A stretch of DNA of 61,874 nucleotides from a virus (IMGVR_UViG_3300021404_000012:1-61874); one strand, 5' to 3'. Shown: positions 9,110-17,688, numbered from the stretch's first letter. Numbers and translations: made by a program. Notes: generated from the sequence alone by a model not told the origin.

Positions 9110-9487
9110 TTACTCGGGTTGGTTGGGTAGATCATCGATTAAATCGGCGTGCGGCATCTCAGGTTGATCGGGCAACTCGACCTGTTCGAGTTCCTCAAGT
9201 TCAACCTCGGTCCAAGCCTCCATCCAGTTGGTGTAGGCTTGCCCCGCGTCGCCGTCCTGCCACTTCTCGGAACGTTCCTCGTAGTAGTCCTCCATCTTCT
9301 GTGCGATCTCGTCGCGAAACGTCACCGCGTCGCCGAGCACACCGTTGTATTCGTCGATCGCCAAGCCGAGCCGCTCGTGCGCGCCCTCAAAGGCTATCCA
9401 CGCTTCCTCGATTGCGTTACCTCGAAGGTTCAACACCTCCACAAACAACTGACGTTGCGTCATCTGGTCCTTGCTGAGCCTCTGCAT
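9110..9487 (-). CDS. Hypothetical acidic protein
   Basis: 125-aa ORF containing ERSEKWQDGDAGQAY. Confidence 0.7.
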   Translation of the reverse strand: MQRLSKDQMTQRQLFVEVLNLRGNAIEEAWIAFEGAHERLGLAIDEYNGVLGDAVTFRDEIAQKMEDYYEERSEKWQDGDAGQAYTNWMEAWTEVELEELEQVELPDQPEMPHADLIDDLPNQPE

Positions 9488-9490
9488 TTT

Positions 9491-10411
9491 TTACAGCCCC
9501 CACTTCGCCAGCTTGTCGATGATCTTCTGGCTCTCCGAAGCGGTCTCCTTGCGCAGACCGTCGTTCTTGCGCAGCGTCTCCGCGTCGAGCCCGGTCAGCA
9601 GCACGTCGATATCACGAGCGATTTCATCTGCCAGTGTGTTTCCTGTAACGTTCCACCCTGGCAACATCGTGATCAGGTCACGCACCGCCTCGATGGACGC
9701 CGCCTTGAAGATTTTACCCTCGCCCTCCTCGTCGGTGGTCAGCCTATCGAGCAAATGCTCGATAGGCGCCCTGACGCGCCGCCACATCTCCTCCTGCACG
9801 ATCTGCGCCTGGGTGTCCTGGCGCCCCTTGAGGTGCTTGCTGAAGCGCTCCAGCATGTGCTCGTCCATCGCGCCGAACTGCTCGCTGTCGGGCACGGGCC
9901 AGAAGTCGAAGTGGACGTTGAACTTCGCCCGCACCTGTTCAGGTGTCGGGTAGCTCATATCGGTCACCATCGTCCCGAGGTTGCCTTTGGCCTGGATCAC
10001 CAGGTCAGGATAGACCGCGCAGAACTCGTCGAGTTCGTTGTAGGCTTCGCGCCGGCGCTCGCCCAGCTCGGCCTCGTATGTATGCACCAAAAGATGGGGC
10101 AATAAACGTGGACCCTCGACCCGCGACGCCCGCCGGTTGCTGACCCACGGCAGGGTCAGCTCCTTGTGCCGCGCCTGCACCGCCTTGAAGGCGTTGCGGG
10201 TGCGCTTCAACTGGCTGTCGGCTCCGGTCATCAGGTACTTGATGACCTTACCCACGTCGCCCCGCGCGCCGTGGGTGCGCTTCACCTCGTCCATGAGGTC
10301 GGGGTCGTTCTGCGAAGCCTCCCACATGGAGAGGCTCACGTCAGCCAGCATGGCCGCTTCCCTGATCGCTTTTGTTAAGTCTTTACTCGATATGGGGGAG
10401 ATGTCGTTCAC
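9491..10411 (-). CDS. DUF3150-like protein
   Basis: Lies between AAA and vWA genes; TLPW...GPRLLP and YPTPEQVRAKF motifs; probable GTG start 10411 with GGAG RBS. Confidence 0.6.
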   Translation of the reverse strand: MNDISPISSKDLTKAIREAAMLADVSLSMWEASQNDPDLMDEVKRTHGARGDVGKVIKYLMTGADSQLKRTRNAFKAVQARHKELTLPWVSNRRASRVEGPRLLPHLLVHTYEAELGERRREAYNELDEFCAVYPDLVIQAKGNLGTMVTDMSYPTPEQVRAKFNVHFDFWPVPDSEQFGAMDEHMLERFSKHLKGRQDTQAQIVQEEMWRRVRAPIEHLLDRLTTDEEGEGKIFKAASIEAVRDLITMLPGWNVTGNTLADEIARDIDVLLTGLDAETLRKNDGLRKETASESQKIIDKLAKWGL

Positions 10412-10514
10412 TTGAGTTACTCCGGTTTCACTACCAGTAGTGGTGGGGGAAAAGCCGCATCGGCCTTTGCACTGGTTGGGACACTGGCTAAGCGTCCCGA
10501 ACCCGAGCCAGCAC

Positions 10515-11723
10515 TTAACTTCTCGCGGCACGAAGAATGTCCTTGTTGTCGACCAGCCACTGCTGGACCTCACGCAGGGGCATCAGCGCCTTGGCACGAC
10601 GGATGTGCGCCATCGTCTGCTCGGTGTCCTTGTCCTCGTGACCGCCCAGCATCACGTCGAACGCGATACGCTGCATCTCGGTGCTGAAGCGCAGCACATA
10701 GCGGGTGATGGCTTGGGCTGTATCTTCAGTAACTTGGTCTGCCAACATGTACGAGCACACCATCTGCGCGTCCTTACCCGCCGGCACCTTCGCAGAACGG
10801 GGGTTCTGGAAGATGTCTTCCAACGCCGGTATCTCGTTGGCAAAGCGCATGTGGGTGAAGAACTGCCCTTGGGCGTGCTTGCCGATCCAGCCCTGGCAGA
10901 TTTCCGCCGCCATCAGGGTCATCGGCAGCTTGTCGTTGGCGATGTCCTGCTCGGTCATCATCACCCGCAGGTCCGCGTCCATCTTGCACAGCGTGCGTGC
11001 GGTGCAGAACGGCTCGGGCTTGTCGGGGACTTCCCTTGGAAAAACAATATCGGGTTGCCTCGCAATGAACGCCCTGGTCAGGATGTGCGGGCGATCGTCG
11101 TCGGGCAGGTCCTCAAGGTGACGTAACAAACAACCCGGATCACCCTCGATCTCCATCAAGCCGTGACGGTTGATGATGTGCATCAGCTCGCGGTTGGTAC
11201 CCGACCGGTCGCTGGTCCGGTTCTTGGCACCGACCACCCGCCATGCAGGAGGGAGAAAATGCGTGCCGACGTTGCCGTCGAGGATCAGCGGCGCCGCCGC
11301 CTTGCGCACGTCCTCGTCCGCCTGACCCCACTCGTCGAGAAAAACCACCCCCACTTCAGGAACCTCACCGTCCCAAGTGCCGGGAGGGTAAACCTCCCCG
11401 TCGGGGGTGAAGACCCAGATGTTGTCAACGTCCGGCATCCACGGGGGTAAAGAAAAAACAGTTCTTGGAACCCCGCCCTTGTCGTCCTTGATGGGGATCA
11501 TAAAACCCCGGATGTCGGGGGTCGTCAGGTTGGCGATCATCTCGATGACTAAACCGACTGGGCAAGCCAGTCGTTTAGCGAGACGAGCGCACATTTGTTC
11601 TATACTCTTGCTCTTGCCGACACCGGGTCCCGACTGCAGCATGTACCCGTTGGCACGGGTGCCCCTGCGGATCGCGTCGATATGGGTGTCGATGAGATGC
11701 GCTCTTGCTTGTTCGATATTCAT
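10515..11723 (-). CDS. MoxR-like AAA+ ATPase
   Basis: SGPGVGKS Walker A, VVFLDEW Walker B, sensor N (GAKNR), TARTL. Confidence 0.88.
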   Translation of the reverse strand: MNIEQARAHLIDTHIDAIRRGTRANGYMLQSGPGVGKSKSIEQMCARLAKRLACPVGLVIEMIANLTTPDIRGFMIPIKDDKGGVPRTVFSLPPWMPDVDNIWVFTPDGEVYPPGTWDGEVPEVGVVFLDEWGQADEDVRKAAAPLILDGNVGTHFLPPAWRVVGAKNRTSDRSGTNRELMHIINRHGLMEIEGDPGCLLRHLEDLPDDDRPHILTRAFIARQPDIVFPREVPDKPEPFCTARTLCKMDADLRVMMTEQDIANDKLPMTLMAAEICQGWIGKHAQGQFFTHMRFANEIPALEDIFQNPRSAKVPAGKDAQMVCSYMLADQVTEDTAQAITRYVLRFSTEMQRIAFDVMLGGHEDKDTEQTMAHIRRAKALMPLREVQQWLVDNKDILRAARS

Positions 11724-11786
11724 CGTAGTCACACTCTCCACTACCGGTAGTCACCAGGGACAATCCCTGGTAACGCCCTGTGTATA

Positions 11787-11815
11787 ATAGTACAATCCTC
11801 ATAGTTTCAGGTCAA
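11787..11815 (-). promoter_or_regulatory. Sigma70-type promoter for the AAA/vWA/replication operon, overlapped by a 21-bp operator
   Basis: TTGACC-N17-TACTAT. Confidence 0.75.
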
Positions 11816-11882
11816 TAAAAATCTTTGACGGTAAAAACAGGGTAAAATTAATCGCTGTGGAATATCAGATAGTTATCGGAAA

Positions 11883-11919
11883 CTGTCACCGACACTACTG
11901 GTAGTGGTGCCGGTGACAG
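11883..11919 (-). terminator. Hairpin closing the 3' end of the main guide array
   Basis: CTGTCACCG...CGGTGACAG stem enclosing a CACTACTGGTAGTG motif. Confidence 0.6.
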
Positions 11920-12385
11920 CTCGCGCTCGAGCAAGGGGTTCTCGCTATTCATGGGGCTCGCGCAGATCGTTGGGGTTCTCGCCAACTGCTGGGCTCGCGC
12001 CTCATCAAGGGTTTTCCGCTAGGTAAAGGGCTCGCGCCGGGGTAAGGGGTTCTCGCCTAACGTTGGGCTCGCGCTTGATCAAGGGTTCTCGCAAGGCACC
12101 AGGCTCGCGCTCATCGTAGGGGTCATCGCAATAAAGGGGGCTCGCGCAAATCGTGGGGGTTGTCGCTTATGACCGGGCTCGCGCTTAGGGCTGGGTTTCT
12201 CGCTCAAGATTGGGCTCGCGCCCACGTTTGGGTTCTCGCTACTCGTAGGGCTCGCGCAATTTCAAGGGTTTGTCGCTCCAGATTGGGCTCACGCTCCTGC
12301 TAGGGGTTCTCGCTGATGGTTGGGGCTCGCGCCGCTCGAAGGGGTTATCGCAACTATTAAGGCTCGCGCCTACTTTCGGGTTGTC
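11919..12385 (-). ncRNA. Main TIGR-like dual-repeat guide array (12 units plus a partial unit) downstream of the Tas-like gene
   Basis: 36-37-nt period, two alternating repeats, 8-nt unique spacers. Confidence 0.93.
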
Positions 12386-12484
12386 TTGATCGCGCGATGC
12401 GACAGCCAAGCCCATTGGTAAATTTCACACGGACACGCAAATGGATGCCGCCTCCATGATGCTCGCATCCTTATTCTCCTGGGC

Positions 12485-13372
12485 TTATGCAGGGATCGGG
12501 GGTGGGATGTAGTCGACGTGGTGCAAATGACCGATGGGGTACGGCACCGGCGACGCTTGCCCGGTGCGGATCAGCCACACTTCGTTCATGTGAGACAAAA
12601 ATAACTTCACCGCCCAGCGTCGTGCCCTCGCGTCTATCTGCGAGGGTGGCAGCCGGCCCTCGGCGTAATGCTTATAAGTGGGTGTATCCTTGGCAAAACG
12701 AGGCAGCCACTCCTTCGCGGTCTCGACCCGTTTGCCGGTATCGGACATCATCTGTTCAAAGGCTTTTCGCTCGCGGTATTTTCTTCCGTAGAAGCAATCT
12801 TCACGGTTCGAGAGTTTCATAAACGACTGCCCCGCGTGCCAGCATATGGTCTTGAGCTGCACGTTGAAGGGGCGCACCTGGCCCGCCTTCCACGGTTTCT
12901 GGTCGGCTGCGGCCCACCCGACGAATGAATTGATATGACCAGCCGTGGGTCTGGGCACCTCCAGATGCGCGAGAATGCCCGCGCTGATCACCGGCCCGAT
13001 CCCGACGATCTGCCGCATCCAACTACCCATTATATGGGCAGTTGTATAGGTATCCAGGGCGCGCTTGATCTGGCTCTCTAAAATTCTCGACTGATTAAAA
13101 AGCCAGTCGATTAGGACGTGGGGTTCTGGCGTTGTCAGAACTTCACCAGCATCTTCCTCGACCACGACGCCCCTCGCCATCGCGCGGATTTGGTTCGCCG
13201 CGCGCTTGCGGTTTTCCTGCGATGTGTAATACGCATCGACCAAAAATCTGGCTTCTTTTGGACCCATCGTGCGGGCGGCGTTGGCTAAATCTCTGGTTAA
13301 CCTGATGACAGACGGCGCGTGCTCGATGATTTCCTCGTCATCGACATAGGTCGCATAGGCTGGCGATGCCAT
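12485..13372 (-). CDS. Nop-domain/IS110-related RNA-guided DNA-binding protein (TasA-like, no RuvC or HNH)
   Basis: Coiled-coil region then GIGPVISAGILAHL (IS110 Transposase_20-like HhH), PFNVQLKT, YGRKYRERK, IDARARRWAVKLFLSH; no N-terminal DEDD RuvC; flanked on both sides by dual-spacer arrays. Confidence 0.8.
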   Translation of the reverse strand: MASPAYATYVDDEEIIEHAPSVIRLTRDLANAARTMGPKEARFLVDAYYTSQENRKRAANQIRAMARGVVVEEDAGEVLTTPEPHVLIDWLFNQSRILESQIKRALDTYTTAHIMGSWMRQIVGIGPVISAGILAHLEVPRPTAGHINSFVGWAAADQKPWKAGQVRPFNVQLKTICWHAGQSFMKLSNREDCFYGRKYRERKAFEQMMSDTGKRVETAKEWLPRFAKDTPTYKHYAEGRLPPSQIDARARRWAVKLFLSHMNEVWLIRTGQASPVPYPIGHLHHVDYIPPPIPA

Positions 13373-13405
13373 GTTGTTCCCTCCCACTTAACTACGGTAG
13401 TGGGA

Positions 13406-13436
13406 TAAGTAAGAACTCCATAGTATGACACGTCAA
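13406..13436 (-). promoter_or_regulatory. Putative promoter and 21-bp operator for the Tas-like gene
   Basis: TTGACG -35 at 13436-13431; operator copy TAAGTAAGA-act-CCATAGTAT at 13406-13426. Confidence 0.5.
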
Positions 13437-13438
13437 CG

Positions 13439-13467
13439 AAAAAAAGGGCCGGTCTCTCGACCGGCCC
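13439..13467 (-). terminator. Rho-independent terminator ending the upstream guide array
   Basis: GGGCCGGTC-gaga-GACCGGCCC followed by a T tract on the minus strand. Confidence 0.85.
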
Positions 13468-13470
13468 CCC

Positions 13471-13765
13471 GCGCTGTACAAAGGGGTCATCGCGCGTTGT
13501 AGGGCTCGCGCCCGACGGAGGGTTCTCGCGGTGATACGGGCTCGCGCCAGTCATCGGGGTTATCGCGGAGGATTGGGCTCGCGCTCGTAGTCGGGGTCAT
13601 CGCTTCTTGAGGGGCTCGCGCCGCTTGTCGGGGTTATCGCTCATGTGCGGGCTCGCGCTCGTTGCAGGGGTTGTCGCATATAGCTGGGCTCGCGCTCACC
13701 TTAAGGGTTCTCGTCGTCAACTGGGCTCGCGCACCAGAAAGGGGTTATCGCTTGCTTCAAGGCTC
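13471..13765 (-). ncRNA. TIGR-like guide array (8 units) upstream of the Tas-like gene
   Basis: Same alternating repeats and 8-nt spacers. Confidence 0.92.
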
Positions 13766-13794
13766 AAGGTGCTTGCGCTCTCGTTATACAACAC

Positions 13795-14349
13795 TCACGG
13801 CGCCGGCCACAACCCGACCCACCCGACGAAGGTCATGTCTCCCCTCAGAATGTTCAACAACTGCGGGAGTTCGTCGATGTTCATCCCACGCATGAAGCCA
13901 CGCATGATGCGGGGGTTGCGAAAATTAAAGCAGTTAAAAACCCTACCGTTCAATCCAGTGCAGGGTACGCGGTGCAGCACCGGCCCCCCATCCAACAGCT
14001 TGATGACAAGCGGGATTACGCATAACAGCGGCAAGAGCACAAGTGTTAATATTGATGCAGCAAAGACATCGAACGCGCGGCTTGAAATTAACGGTTGCGT
14101 GGCCCAGGTGGTTAAATCCTCGATATACACCTGCTCGTCTACCGTATCCGCGCTCAACTGCACGATGACGCCGTACTCGTACAGCATCTGAAGCGGGCAG
14201 TTCATGTTCAACAGCGCAATCAACGCTGTATTCGCGTCGCAGATCGCAACGTCGGGATTGATGCCCGTGCGGTCCACCCAACCGCGAGCCAGCTCGATCA
14301 GCCCGTCGCTGTATTCGAGGTCGATTTCAAACGAGACACGGTGGCGCAT
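13795..14349 (-). CDS. Fusion of an unknown N-terminal domain with a truncated bacterial sugar transferase (WcaJ/PglC-like phosphoglycosyl transferase) fragment
   Basis: SRAFDV..TM helix..GGPVL...GLNGRVF..F.FR...IDELPQLLNILRGDMTFVG; ends where GPRP normally follows. Confidence 0.65.
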   Translation of the reverse strand: MRHRVSFEIDLEYSDGLIELARGWVDRTGINPDVAICDANTALIALLNMNCPLQMLYEYGVIVQLSADTVDEQVYIEDLTTWATQPLISSRAFDVFAASILTLVLLPLLCVIPLVIKLLDGGPVLHRVPCTGLNGRVFNCFNFRNPRIMRGFMRGMNIDELPQLLNILRGDMTFVGWVGLWPAP

Positions 14350-14466
14350 GGGGGATGCCTCCGAGGTTCGTGCTCGGATAAAAACAACGCCCCTGGCGGG
14401 CGTTGTCAAACAATTTATCGGCTTATAGATGTTATCTTTGTAATGCTGGCGGACGCCAGCATAAAC

Positions 14467-14506
14467 AAAAAAACCCGGCAGCGCAAGGCTGCCGGGTTGG
14501 TTTTTT
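14467..14506. terminator. Bidirectional rho-independent terminator
   Basis: AACCCGGCAGC-gcaag-GCTGCCGGGTT with A tract upstream and T tract downstream. Confidence 0.8.
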
Positions 14507-14529
14507 AACTACTACCGGTAGTGGGACTG

Positions 14530-14823
14530 TCAGTGGCAGTCGACCGTCCACCCTACAGGCAAGGAAATTATCCCGCCGTTGCAGTCACGCACCAGCTTGT
14601 GCGGCAGCACCGCTGGTGCAGGCAGCGGTGCTGCCGTGACGGGGCTGCGCAGCATATCACGCACCCGCTGCTCGTTCTGCAGTTCTTCGAGCTGTATGCT
14701 CAGGTCCTGGGCATGTTCCTCGATCGCATCCTCGATGTCATCGAGACGCGATGTCAGGCTCTCGGCGTGCGCGACCTGGGTTAACCCCAGGATCGCGACC
14801 CCAGCCAGTAGAAATTTCCTCAT
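14530..14823 (-). CDS. Small secreted protein
   Basis: Signal peptide MRKFLLAGVAILGLTQVAHA. Confidence 0.7.
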   Translation of the reverse strand: MRKFLLAGVAILGLTQVAHAESLTSRLDDIEDAIEEHAQDLSIQLEELQNEQRVRDMLRSPVTAAPLPAPAVLPHKLVRDCNGGIISLPVGWTVDCH

Positions 14824-15278
14824 CAGAACCCTCCCGGCGCGCACTGGAGGCAGGTATACCCCAGCTCACGCCACATATCGACCACCTGCTGGCGGTCATC
14901 GACAAACAGAATGGGTTCATACCCATCCTTCAACATGGCCGCGAGCAGGTCCTTCTTACACTTGTAGTCGGGCCGGTGGTCGCCCGCTTTGCGCATGTAG
15001 AGCGCGTCGTACATCAGGCCCGCACGCTCCAGCCACGCCTCGGTCTGCTCGCGACATTCATCTGATCGCCCCGACATGATCACCATCTTGCAGCCGGTGT
15101 AGCTGCGGAACGTCGAACACCTGAGCGTATTATACAGCTCGGCGACGGGCTCGATCACCGCATCCTCGCCGCACGCAGCGAAGAAACCCGACCAATCCTT
15201 ATCGGGCTTCAAGACGTACCACAGCCGGTGGGTAGGATCGGCTAGCGTCCCGTCGAGATCAAACACGTAACATTTCAT
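14823..15278 (-). CDS. HAD-superfamily phosphatase (T4 PNK 3'-phosphatase-like)
   Basis: FDLDGTLA, SGR, MRKAGDHRPD, FVDDRQQVVDMWR. Confidence 0.9.
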   Translation of the reverse strand: MKCYVFDLDGTLADPTHRLWYVLKPDKDWSGFFAACGEDAVIEPVAELYNTLRCSTFRSYTGCKMVIMSGRSDECREQTEAWLERAGLMYDALYMRKAGDHRPDYKCKKDLLAAMLKDGYEPILFVDDRQQVVDMWRELGYTCLQCAPGGF

Positions 15279-15281
15279 TAC

Positions 15282-15491
15282 TCACCATCCTTTCGCACAC
15301 GCGATCAGCACAACCGCGATGAACCCGAAAATGAACACCATCTGCGCCATTTCCCGACGCTCGTACACCCACCAATACGCCGCGACGAGCCGTGCCCATA
15401 GCCATCGGCTGATATGCCACACAAGACAGAACACCACCACATCCACCGCCGCAACGACGTAACCCTCTAGTGACGGAGCCTCGTACACCAT
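15282..15491 (-). CDS. Small membrane protein
   Basis: Two hydrophobic segments; GGAGG RBS. Confidence 0.6.
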   Translation of the reverse strand: MVYEAPSLEGYVVAAVDVVVFCLVWHISRWLWARLVAAYWWVYERREMAQMVFIFGFIAVVLIACAKGW

Positions 15492-15545
15492 TCTAATCCT
15501 CCACTACGGTAGTGGAGCGGCGGTTATCCCGCCGCTCCATTGGGT

Positions 15546-16166
15546 TTAATGCTCTAAGTACGGCTGCGTCCGGCTCGTGTCCGGGAGGTTTGTATAAGGT
15601 TGCGTCACACCTGTATAAGGCTGCGTCGTCCCAGGTGTACCAAGGGTCTCGACGATGCACCTGCCCATGTCGTGCATCGCCGCTTCGGAGCCCGCGAGCG
15701 AGCCTTTCCACGAGCCCTCGTTGCCGTCGAAGAAGATCGTTATTTCCCGACCGGTTCGCAACATGTCGAGAAACTCCTTATACCAGTGCTCGCCGCTGCG
15801 CGGGTTGGTGTGATTGTTGAACGTATACTCAAGCATGCTGCCGCCTTGGGGGTTGCGGAAGCCGGTCATCGGGTACTGCACCACGGGTGCGTTGTCGACC
15901 TGTACCCGCACGTTCACCTGGGTGCCGTCAGGGATGTTCCAGCTTTGCTTCCAGACGTGAAAAAACAGCGATTGAGCTACACCCATCTTCACCGCGAACA
16001 TGCGCTCGGGACCCCTGGTGATAGCCGCGCATTGCGGCTTACCATTGGTGTCCAAAGCCTGCAACGTCTCCCACGAGCCGTAGTAATGTCGGATGTCGTT
16101 CGCGTGCGCCTGACCCGACCCAAATAACACAGTCGAAAGTGCTGTGCTCATCAACAACTTACGCAT
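15546..16166 (-). CDS. Secreted/periplasmic protein
   Basis: Signal peptide ending AHA; YGSW...C...SLAGS..AM...C pattern; C-terminal TQPY repeats. Confidence 0.7.
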   Translation of the reverse strand: MRKLLMSTALSTVLFGSGQAHANDIRHYYGSWETLQALDTNGKPQCAAITRGPERMFAVKMGVAQSLFFHVWKQSWNIPDGTQVNVRVQVDNAPVVQYPMTGFRNPQGGSMLEYTFNNHTNPRSGEHWYKEFLDMLRTGREITIFFDGNEGSWKGSLAGSEAAMHDMGRCIVETLGTPGTTQPYTGVTQPYTNLPDTSRTQPYLEH

Positions 16167-16256
16167 AGTCTGTCACCTTTCACACTCAGTTGATGCAGTC
16201 ACTACCAGTAGTGCTGCTAGCTGCCCACCGTCGTGGCGATGGGCAGTTGAGCAGAA

Positions 16257-16511
16257 CTACACCGAGTACGCCGCGCTGCCGCACTCGGGACAATTCTTGG
16301 GGATGTAGAACTCGTTGAGGCACTCGCCGCAACGGTACTTCACCTCACCCTGAGGCTTCTTTTTTAACACTTTTCGCAAAACTTCCATGCGCTCACGCGG
16401 GATCGCGTAGGCGTTACAGTCCGCCGGCCCCCGAAAACTCGGTGCGCGAGACAGCAGCACGAGCGTGTCGAACTGTTCCTTGGTAAGTTTCAAGGTAACC
16501 ATTTTAGACAC
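16257..16511 (-). CDS. Small zinc-ribbon protein
   Basis: CGEC...CPECG. Confidence 0.65.
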   Translation of the reverse strand: MSKMVTLKLTKEQFDTLVLLSRAPSFRGPADCNAYAIPRERMEVLRKVLKKKPQGEVKYRCGECLNEFYIPKNCPECGSAAYSV

Positions 16512-16779
16512 CTTTCTCGTTGTAACCGTTGATGGTCAGGTTGATCAGTAAGCACACATTGGCCGGGTTGAGGTACAACCCGAACGCACGCACGATCAGC
16601 TCGGGGTGCTTGTTGTTTCTCGACCAGCGAAAGGAACCCTCGTTCACTTTCACCATCATGTCGGGATGCGCGTCGTAACGCAGGCACGCCGCCGCGAGCG
16701 CCTCGCGCTGGGTGGGATACCAGCGGTCGCGCTGTTGACCGTACTCATCGTTGAGACGCCACAGCATTACATGTTCCAT
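16504..16779 (-). CDS. Hypothetical protein
   Basis: GGAGTGTGA RBS. Confidence 0.65.
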   Translation of the reverse strand: MEHVMLWRLNDEYGQQRDRWYPTQREALAAACLRYDAHPDMMVKVNEGSFRWSRNNKHPELIVRAFGLYLNPANVCLLINLTINGYNEKGV

Positions 16780-16835
16780 AAGTCACACTCCTGAAAGTGC
16801 CGCCACTACCGCGTAGTGGCAGTGGCGGCGGTTTA

Positions 16836-16985
16836 TTAGAAACAGGTGGTGTTGCAGTATTGTTGATTACCGATAGTGTAACAACTCGTATGACATGAAT
16901 ACGCCTGCGCCTTGGATGCGGCGAAACCGCAGAGCCCGAGCCCGACGATGGCGAACAGCGCAACACCCGTAATGTACTTAACCAT
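16836..16985 (-). CDS. Small secreted cysteine-rich peptide (49 aa)
   Basis: MVKYITGVALFAIVGLGLCGFAASKAQA-YSCHTSCYTIGNQQYCNTTCF; below the ORF-track cutoff. Confidence 0.65.
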   Translation of the reverse strand: MVKYITGVALFAIVGLGLCGFAASKAQAYSCHTSCYTIGNQQYCNTTCF

Positions 16986-17081
16986 TTCAGTCACTTTCAC
17001 TAACACCAGGGGATTTCCTGGCAGCCGAAAACCCCGACGCCATCACGCGTTCGGGGTTCGGGGTTAGATGTTACACCGCAG

Positions 17082-17276
17082 TCATCTTACAGTCCTTCCC
17101 TCGGCGAGGCGGCGCGCCTCGATCCTGCGGATGGTGTCGCGATGCCCCTCGATGGCAGTACGGACATTGCGTCCGTACTCACCAAAGCGGTTGTCACCTT
17201 GACCCAGAGTGTACTCAAGGCGCCGGATCGCTGCGTGCGCCTCGCGATAAAGTTTTTCCTCCGCGTCGTATTTCAT
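17082..17276 (-). CDS. Hypothetical protein
   Basis: GGAGAGTGTGAC RBS. Confidence 0.6.
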   Translation of the reverse strand: MKYDAEEKLYREAHAAIRRLEYTLGQGDNRFGEYGRNVRTAIEGHRDTIRRIEARRLAEGRTVR

Positions 17277-17278
17277 GG

Positions 17279-17359
17279 TCACACTCTCCACATCCCGAAA
17301 ATGGTCATCAATATCGCCGCAAACGCGATCAGGTGTATGTACGGTGCTAGGTCACTCAT
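17279..17359 (-). CDS. Small membrane peptide (26 aa)
   Basis: MSDLAPYIHLIAFAAILMTIFGMWRV; GGAG RBS. Confidence 0.4.
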   Translation of the reverse strand: MSDLAPYIHLIAFAAILMTIFGMWRV

Positions 17360-17423
17360 CACTCACTCCACTACGGTAGTGGCGGTGAATAGTACCATCG
17401 TACTTTCACCGAACAAATCGTGG

Positions 17424-17603
17424 TTACGCGCGCTTAGTCGCTGCGACCTGGCGTGCTGCCGTGGCGATCACCCGACTGGCGAACAGGGGGTCGTGCTCGT
17501 GGTTGTCCGCGAGCGCCTGAAGCTCCTCACGAGACATGCCGTACATGCCCAATGCACGTATGGCTGCCCAAAGATCATAGTTGTTAATCTCTCTCACACT
17601 CAT
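17424..17603 (-). CDS. Hypothetical protein
   Basis: GGAG RBS; first gene after the promoter at ~17700. Confidence 0.55.
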   Translation of the reverse strand: MSVREINNYDLWAAIRALGMYGMSREELQALADNHEHDPLFASRVIATAARQVAATKRA

Positions 17604-17688
17604 CTCGACCAACTCCAAAAAATAAATCGCCGACCACTACCGTAGTGGCGGTCCGTTCTCGGTACACGCAACCTGCGAGTAACGAGAT

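Noticed and set aside
11919-12385. CRISPR array interpretation of the repeats
   Set aside because: The repeats are two alternating 10-11-mers with 8-nt spacers, not 25-40-nt repeats with ~30-nt spacers; there is no cas operon, and the Cas4-like gene is an ordinary phage replication nuclease
12485-13372. IS110 transposase/insertion sequence
   Set aside because: It lacks the N-terminal DEDD RuvC domain and IS ends; association with the arrays fits a Tas-like protein better
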